From Candidatus Eiseniibacteriota bacterium (lineage in GTDB: Bacteria; Eisenbacteria; RBG-16-71-46): a stretch of 49,569 nt of DNA. The position numbers and the translations under genes were made by a program. Within the stretch, counting starts at the first letter, position 1. The number at the start of each line of letters is the position of its first letter. The stretch is taken from positions 1 through 49,569 of the forward strand of contig JANMQY010000038.1 of the NCBI GenBank assembly GCA_031370785.1. The letters are read 5' to 3'. Below, piece after piece: positions 43,383 through 49,569 of the stretch. Below the pieces are notes generated by a model. The model ran no database searches. It worked only from the letters and a program-made list of their open reading frames with translations, and was not told the origin of the DNA.

Positions 43383-43386
<4 letters not shown>
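42250..43386 (-). CDS. sucD: Succinyl-CoA synthetase alpha subunit with a basic C-terminal extension
   Basis: [29 protein letters not shown]. Confidence 0.96.
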
Positions 43387-44543
<1,157 letters not shown>

Positions 44544-44597
44544 GAAGACTCCCGGTCTTGCGTGAAGAGTGGACCGCGGTGCGGACCGCTTTCCGAA

Positions 44598-46082
44598 TCA
44601 GTTGTTGTCGATCTGGGCGCGCTGCAGCCGCCCACTGAAGTCCACGTAGAGGCTCTTCCACTCGGTGAAGGCGTCGAGCATGGTGTGCCCCGCCTCGCGG
44701 TGACCGTTGCCGGTGCCGCGCGTTCCGCCGAAGGGCAGATGGGTCTCGGCGCCGGTCGTTCCGTGATTCACGTACACGATTCCGGTGTCGAGATCACGCA
44801 TCGCCCGGAACGCACGATTCACGTCACCGACGAAGATCGAGGAGGAGAGCCCGTAAGGTGTGCGATTGTTCACCTCGATCGCCTCATCGAGCGTTGCCAC
44901 ACGGATGAAACTCACCACCGGCCCGAAGATCTCCTCCTGGGCGATGCGCATCCCCGGCAGGACGCCCGAGAACACAGTGGGTGCGTAGAACGTGCCCCTG
45001 GCGAGCGCGCCGCGGGTCTCGGGCGCACCGCCGGTCGCGAGCATCGCGCCCTCGCCCGAGCCCACTCCGACGTACGCGTGCACTTTCTCGAGCTGCTTGC
45101 GATTCACCACCGGCCCCATCTCGGTCGCCGGATCGAGTCCGTCGCCGACGCGGATCGCGCGTGCGCGCAGGACCACGAGGCGCAGCAGTTCATCGTGAAC
45201 CTCCTGGTGCACGATCACCCGGCTGGCCGCGGTGCAGCGTTGACCGGTGGTGCCGAACGCGCTCCAGGCGATCGCGTTCGCCGCGAGATCCAGATCGGCG
45301 TCGTCCATCACCAGGATCGCGTTCTTGCCGCCCATCTCGAGCGACACGCGCTTGCCCTGCTTCGCGCACTCGGTGGCGATCGCGGTGCCGACCGCATTCG
45401 AACCAGTGAACGAGATCACGTTCACGTCGGGATGCGCGACCAGCGGAGCACCGGCGCCGGCGCCCAGGCCGTGCACCAGATTGAGCACGCCGGCGGGAAG
45501 TCCCGCCTCTTCCAGCAGCTTGACGAGGTTGACCGCGGTCTCGGGTGACTCCTCGGACGGCTTGAACACCACGGTATTGCCCGCCACCAACGCGGGGAAG
45601 ATCTTCCAGGTCGGCACCGCGAACGGGAAGTTCCAGGCGGTAATCACGCCGACCACTCCGACCGGCGCGCGCACCGACATCGCCCACTTGTCTGGCATCT
45701 CGCTCGGCGTGGTCACGCCGTGCATGCGCCGGCCTTCGCCCCCGGCGAGGTAGGCCATGTCGATCCCTTCCTGCACGTCGCCGCGGGTCTCGAGCAGGAT
45801 CTTGCCCATCTCGCGGGTCGCAGCGCGCGCCAGCTCTTCCTTGCGTTGCGCGATCAGGGCACCGACGCGGAACAGGATCTCGCCGCGCTTGGGCGCCGGC
45901 GTCAGCTGCCAGGCGCGCTTCGCGGCGGTCGCGGCAGCCACCGCGACGGCGACATCGGCGGCGTCGGAGTCGGGGAATTCGCCGATCACCTCACCATTCG
46001 CGGGATTGATGTTGGCGAAGGTGCGGCCCGAGCGCGCCGCAACCCAGCGCCCGCCGATGTAATTCATGAACTTCTCCGCCAT
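44598..46082 (-). CDS. NAD(P)-dependent aldehyde dehydrogenase (alpha-ketoglutaric semialdehyde dehydrogenase-like)
   Basis: WNFP, FTGS, LEMGGKN, GQRCTA, EEIFGP. Confidence 0.9.
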   Translation of the reverse strand: MAEKFMNYIGGRWVAARSGRTFANINPANGEVIGEFPDSDAADVAVAVAAATAAKRAWQLTPAPKRGEILFRVGALIAQRKEELARAATREMGKILLETRGDVQEGIDMAYLAGGEGRRMHGVTTPSEMPDKWAMSVRAPVGVVGVITAWNFPFAVPTWKIFPALVAGNTVVFKPSEESPETAVNLVKLLEEAGLPAGVLNLVHGLGAGAGAPLVAHPDVNVISFTGSNAVGTAIATECAKQGKRVSLEMGGKNAILVMDDADLDLAANAIAWSAFGTTGQRCTAASRVIVHQEVHDELLRLVVLRARAIRVGDGLDPATEMGPVVNRKQLEKVHAYVGVGSGEGAMLATGGAPETRGALARGTFYAPTVFSGVLPGMRIAQEEIFGPVVSFIRVATLDEAIEVNNRTPYGLSSSIFVGDVNRAFRAMRDLDTGIVYVNHGTTGAETHLPFGGTRGTGNGHREAGHTMLDAFTEWKSLYVDFSGRLQRAQIDNN

Positions 46083-46183
46083 CGCATAAATCTCCCGCGC
46101 CCATTCCGCGGCGCAGACAGATGTGAGTTCGTGGGAAAACCGGCCGCGCAGGGATGCGGGCGTGCCCAGGCAAAGGACGGGAG

Positions 46184-46212
46184 AGGGTAAGGGGGCGACC
46201 GTGCGAAATCAA
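46184..46212 (-). promoter_or_regulatory. sigma70 promoter for aldehyde dehydrogenase-sucCD-ndk
   Basis: TTGATT-N17-TACCCT. Confidence 0.5.
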
Positions 46213-46315
46213 GCGGCAGGACCGGGCCGCAGCGCCGCCTCGCACAACAGTCTGCCGGGGTCGGAGTGAGCCTCGAGCACCGGTCGCGAGCGCGGCCCTT
46301 TAAGGCCGCGCCGAT

Positions 46316-46783
46316 TCAGAATGGCCTGACCGGCGCCGACTGCTCGGGACCGACGCGTCCGGTGACGATGTCCGCGACGAAGTAGTTCTCGCCGTAGACA
46401 GGGGATCCGGCCATGCGCCGCAGCATCATCAGCTGCCCGATGTGATTCAGCGAGTCGGCAATCGGGCCCGCGAGCAGGCGACCGGTATCGCAGCGTATCG
46501 GTCGGTCGGAGGCGAGAGAGGCGTCGAGCGCGGCCAGGGCCGCGTAGAAGCGTGCAACCTCTGCGCTCCAGGCACCGGGATTCACCCCGCTCCACTTGGG
46601 CTCCCCTTCCACGTGGGAGAGCGCCCAGTCGAGCAGGTCCGCGAGGTGCGCGAGGATCACCAGCGGAGAGTGGCCGCGCCCGGTGTCGAATGCGGGAAAC
46701 GAGTCGGGGGCGTCACGCAGCGGCTTTCCGCCACGATACGCAATCACAGCAACGGCGTGGCGAAGGAGTTCACGGTCGGTCAT
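46316..46783 (-). CDS. DinB-like four-helix-bundle protein
   Basis: ILAHLAD...SLNHIGQLMMLRR His pattern. SD GGAGTAGG overlaps the upstream stop. Confidence 0.65.
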   Translation of the reverse strand: MTDRELLRHAVAVIAYRGGKPLRDAPDSFPAFDTGRGHSPLVILAHLADLLDWALSHVEGEPKWSGVNPGAWSAEVARFYAALAALDASLASDRPIRCDTGRLLAGPIADSLNHIGQLMMLRRMAGSPVYGENYFVADIVTGRVGPEQSAPVRPF

Positions 46784-46785
46784 AC

Positions 46786-47274
46786 CTACTCCTCGAGCGC
46801 GCTCTTCCCCGCGATGATTCGCTCGACCAGCGCGGTGGTGCTGAGCCCTTCGCGCAGCGCGATGTTCATCACCCGGCCCCCGTAGGACTCCACGAACTCG
46901 CGACCCACGATCCGGTCGATTGCCCAGTCGCCGCCCTTGACCAGCACGTCCGGTCTGACCGCGCGGATGAGCCGATCCGGCGTGTCGTCATCGAACACGA
47001 TCGCGAGGTCGACGCAGCGCAGCGCCTCGAGCAGCTCGACACGTTCGCCCTCCGGGACCAGCGGACGTTTCGGGCCCTTGAGGCGCTGCACCGCCGCGTC
47101 GGAGTTGACTCCGACCACGAGCCTGCCCCCGAGCGCGCGCGCTTCCTCGAGGTACTCGACATGGCCGCGGTGCAGGAGGTCGAACACGCCGTTCGTGAAC
47201 ACGATCGGCTCGGAGGCACGGCGCCACGCCTCGAGCTTCTGCCACGCCGGCTCGGGCACGACGTGATCGCTCAT
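46786..47274 (-). CDS. hldC: D-glycero-beta-D-manno-heptose 1-phosphate adenylyltransferase (RfaE domain II)
   Basis: FTNGVFDLLHRGH, GVNSD, LVKGGDW, STT. Confidence 0.92.
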   Translation of the reverse strand: MSDHVVPEPAWQKLEAWRRASEPIVFTNGVFDLLHRGHVEYLEEARALGGRLVVGVNSDAAVQRLKGPKRPLVPEGERVELLEALRCVDLAIVFDDDTPDRLIRAVRPDVLVKGGDWAIDRIVGREFVESYGGRVMNIALREGLSTTALVERIIAGKSALEE

Positions 47275-48269
47275 CGCGCGCCGTTCAGCGCCGCGATCAG
47301 CTGGTCGCGGGTGCAGGTCGCGGTCCCCACCTCGCGGATCACGATCCCGGCGGCGTGGTTCGCGAGACGGCACGCGCTCGGGAAATCCGCACCCGCGGAG
47401 AGCGCGAGCGCGACCACGCTGACCACGGTGTCGCCGGCGCCGGTCACATCGAAGACCTCGCGCGCCTCGGTGGGCAGGTAGGTGTAGCGGCCGCCGCGCT
47501 CGAACAGGCTCATGCCTTCGGGCCCGCGCGTCACCAGCAGCGCCTGGGCATCGAGACGCTTCTGCAAACCCCAGCCCACCTCCATCAGGCTCGCCTCGTC
47601 GGTGATGCGGCGCCCCTGCACCCAGCCGGCCTCGTGCTGATTCGGGGTCAGGATGCTCACCCCGCGATACGCTTCGATGTGACTCTCCTTGGGATCCACG
47701 CTCACCGCGCAGTCCCGGGTGCGCGCGAGCCCGAGCGCGCGCTCGAGTGTGGCCGGGTGGAGCACGCCCTTGCCGTAGTCGCTGATCACCAGGCCGTCGC
47801 ACTTCGGCAGCTCGCGCGCCAGCACTTCGAGGAGCCGCTCCAGCGCCGGCCCGGCCACGTCGGCGCGCGACTCGCGGTCGGTGCGCACCACGTGCTGAGA
47901 ATGCGCGACGATCCGGGTCTTGACCGTGGTCGGGCGCGCGGAATCCTCGATGAGAGCGTCGGGGCTGACGCCGCGCGCGCGGAACGCCTCGCGCAACGTC
48001 TTGGCCTCCGCGTCGGCGCCGACCACGCCGATCAGCACCGGCTCGGCGCCGAGCGCCTTGAGGTTGCCCGCGACGTTGCCGGCGCCACCGAGAGCGAACG
48101 TCTCGCGCTCGATCTCGACCACCGGGACCGGAGCCTCGGGCGAGATGCGCTCGACCCGACCCCACAGGTAGCGGTCGATCATGACGTCGCCGAGCACCGC
48201 GATACGGCGGCCGGAGAAGCGCGCGATGATGCCGCCCAGTGTGGCGGAGTCGAACGTCGGCGTTGACAT
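47271..48269 (-). CDS. hldA: D-glycero-beta-D-manno-heptose 7-phosphate kinase (RfaE domain I)
   Basis: RISPEAPVPV, GGAGNVA, SDYGKG, DVTGAGDT. Confidence 0.92.
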   Translation of the reverse strand: MSTPTFDSATLGGIIARFSGRRIAVLGDVMIDRYLWGRVERISPEAPVPVVEIERETFALGGAGNVAGNLKALGAEPVLIGVVGADAEAKTLREAFRARGVSPDALIEDSARPTTVKTRIVAHSQHVVRTDRESRADVAGPALERLLEVLARELPKCDGLVISDYGKGVLHPATLERALGLARTRDCAVSVDPKESHIEAYRGVSILTPNQHEAGWVQGRRITDEASLMEVGWGLQKRLDAQALLVTRGPEGMSLFERGGRYTYLPTEAREVFDVTGAGDTVVSVVALALSAGADFPSACRLANHAAGIVIREVGTATCTRDQLIAALNGAR

Positions 48270-48279
48270 GGTCTCGGGC

Positions 48280-48308
48280 ACGCTACACCGCGTGAGGCGG
48301 TGAATCAA
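48280..48308 (-). promoter_or_regulatory. sigma70 promoter for hldA (near-leaderless)
   Basis: TTGATT-N17-TAGCGT, 10 nt before the ATG. Confidence 0.55.
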
Positions 48309-48368
48309 CGCCCGCGGGCTTCGCCGGGGCGTCGAAGGGCGCGGCACTCGTAGAAGGTGCGCCGCGGC

Positions 48369-48398
48369 TTGACGCTCGTCGCTCGGCGCCCCTAGCGT
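48369..48398 (+). promoter_or_regulatory. sigma70 promoter for GNAT-MFS (leaderless)
   Basis: TTGACG-N18-TAGCGT, 8 nt before the ATG. Confidence 0.55.
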
Positions 48399-48406
48399 GC
48401 GCCCCC

Positions 48407-49354
48407 ATGCCGCTCGAACTCCGGAGCTTTGAGAGCTCCCATGACAGCTCCATCGAGAGCTCCGATCTCGAGACGCTGCGCGCGCTGGTCACCGATCCAT
48501 CGCTCTCAGGCGAGCTGGACACGCTGCAGGGCCCGGGCGGGCTCGAGCGCAAGCTGGCCGATCCCTACCACGCCTCCCCGCTTCTGACGCTGGCGTTTCT
48601 CGACGGCGCGCCGGTCGGTTTCGCGGGCGCTTTCATTCTCAGCGGCCGCGATGGCCGCCGGGCGATCTATCGGGTCGGCGTACTCGAGCGGTTCCGCCGG
48701 CGCGGCGTGGGCGCGGCCCTCCTCGAACACATCGCGAAGGCGCTGATCTCATTCGAACCCGAGGCATGCGAAGAAGGGATGGGCGCATGGCAACCGAGTC
48801 CGGTGGCGGACCGTTTCGCCGCGCGTCACGGGTTCGCGCACGCGCGCTGGTTCTGGCTCATGGAGCGCGCCATCGGACCGATCGCAGAGCCCGTGTGGCC
48901 CGACGGAATCTCGACAGAGGGCTGGGATGGAAGCGAGCAGCGCGCTCGCGACATGAGTGACGCCTACAACGATTCGTTCTCGAGTCACTTCGGCAGCCCG
49001 GTGTCGACGCCCGAAACCGTGCACGGGCTGCTGTCGCGACCCGGCACGAATCCGGACGGGCTGCGCCTCGCCTACCGCAACGGGCGCTGCATCGGGTTCT
49101 GCCGCTGCGAGCTGTTCGAGGCGCGCGGCGAGATCGCGGTGCTCGGGACCACGCACGACTCACGCGGGATCGGCCTCGGACGCGCACTGCTGCGCTGGGG
49201 CGTGCGCTGGCTGGACGCGGCGGGCGCGCCTCGTGTGACGCTGGTCGTCGATGGCGAGAACGAGACCGCGCTCCGCCTGTATCGGGGCGATGGCTTCGAG
49301 GTGGCGCGCACGCGCCACATCTGGACGCGGCCCGGGCCGGCGGGGCTGGGATGA
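48407..49354 (+). CDS. Tandem-domain GNAT N-acetyltransferase
   Basis: Two acetyl-CoA motifs (RRRGVG, RGIGLG) and NETALRLY..GF. Confidence 0.85.
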   Translation: MPLELRSFESSHDSSIESSDLETLRALVTDPSLSGELDTLQGPGGLERKLADPYHASPLLTLAFLDGAPVGFAGAFILSGRDGRRAIYRVGVLERFRRRGVGAALLEHIAKALISFEPEACEEGMGAWQPSPVADRFAARHGFAHARWFWLMERAIGPIAEPVWPDGISTEGWDGSEQRARDMSDAYNDSFSSHFGSPVSTPETVHGLLSRPGTNPDGLRLAYRNGRCIGFCRCELFEARGEIAVLGTTHDSRGIGLGRALLRWGVRWLDAAGAPRVTLVVDGENETALRLYRGDGFEVARTRHIWTRPGPAGLG

Positions 49355-49569
49355 GTCGCCGGGTCCCGCGCGATGGCTGGCGCACCTTCGTCATCGTGTG
49401 GGTGACCCAGTCGCTGTCCATGCTGGGTACGATGATGACGTTCTTCGCGGTCAACATCTGGCTCACCCAGGTGCTCTACCCGCGCCCCGAGCAGAAGGCG
49501 GCGCTGGCCTTCGCGCTCTCCGCCAACGGCCTCGCGTTCGCGCTCCCGAGCGTGATCGCCGCTCCGATC
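49351..49569 (+). CDS. MFS transporter (DHA3/MefA-like), 3'-truncated by the window edge
   Basis: MSRRVPRDGWRTFVIVWVTQSLSMLGTMMTFFAVNIWL..., with hydrophobic TM1-2. ATGA overlap with the GNAT stop. Confidence 0.75.
   Translation, partial: MSRRVPRDGWRTFVIVWVTQSLSMLGTMMTFFAVNIWLTQVLYPRPEQKAALAFALSANGLAFALPSVIAAPI

Noticed and set aside
46786..48269. Possible frameshifted bifunctional hldE
   Set aside because: These are two intact ORFs with an ATGA overlap. Split HldA/HldC is a known arrangement.

Overview
A high-GC, densely coded core-genome window from a diderm bacterium. SprA, LptFG, split HldA/HldC and the acpP-fabF-rnc order suggest a non-Bacteroidota FCB-affiliated lineage such as Ca. 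Eisenbacteria or Gemmatimonadota relatives; this is inference, not database-checked. Minus strand: rimP-nusA-infB-ylxP-rbfA-truB-ribF-rpsO-pnp-M16 peptidase; sprA plus an M28 glutaminyl-cyclase-like gene; aroB-aroQ-accB-pilT-accC-comB; a TPR/ECF sigma/ZAS anti-sigma/HtrA module; yceD-rpmF-plsX-fabHDG-acpP-fabF-rnc; hldA-hldC-DinB-like; aldehyde dehydrogenase-sucCD-ndk. Plus strand: an aminotransferase, lptFG, an orphan NtrC-type activator, a GNAT and an MFS gene. I found no tRNA/rRNA, CRISPR array or mobile element. Most notable unannotated signals: (1) a probable ~190-nt sigma54-dependent structured sRNA directly downstream of the NtrC-type activator; (2) an RNase III with a ~300-aa RNase E-like disordered tail, an amphipathic membrane-targeting-like N-terminal helix and no canonical start codon; (3) an HtrA with two catalytic-triad substitutions in an autoregulated ECF operon; (4) a T9SS translocon linked to a QC-like enzyme; (5) repeated leaderless gene architecture.
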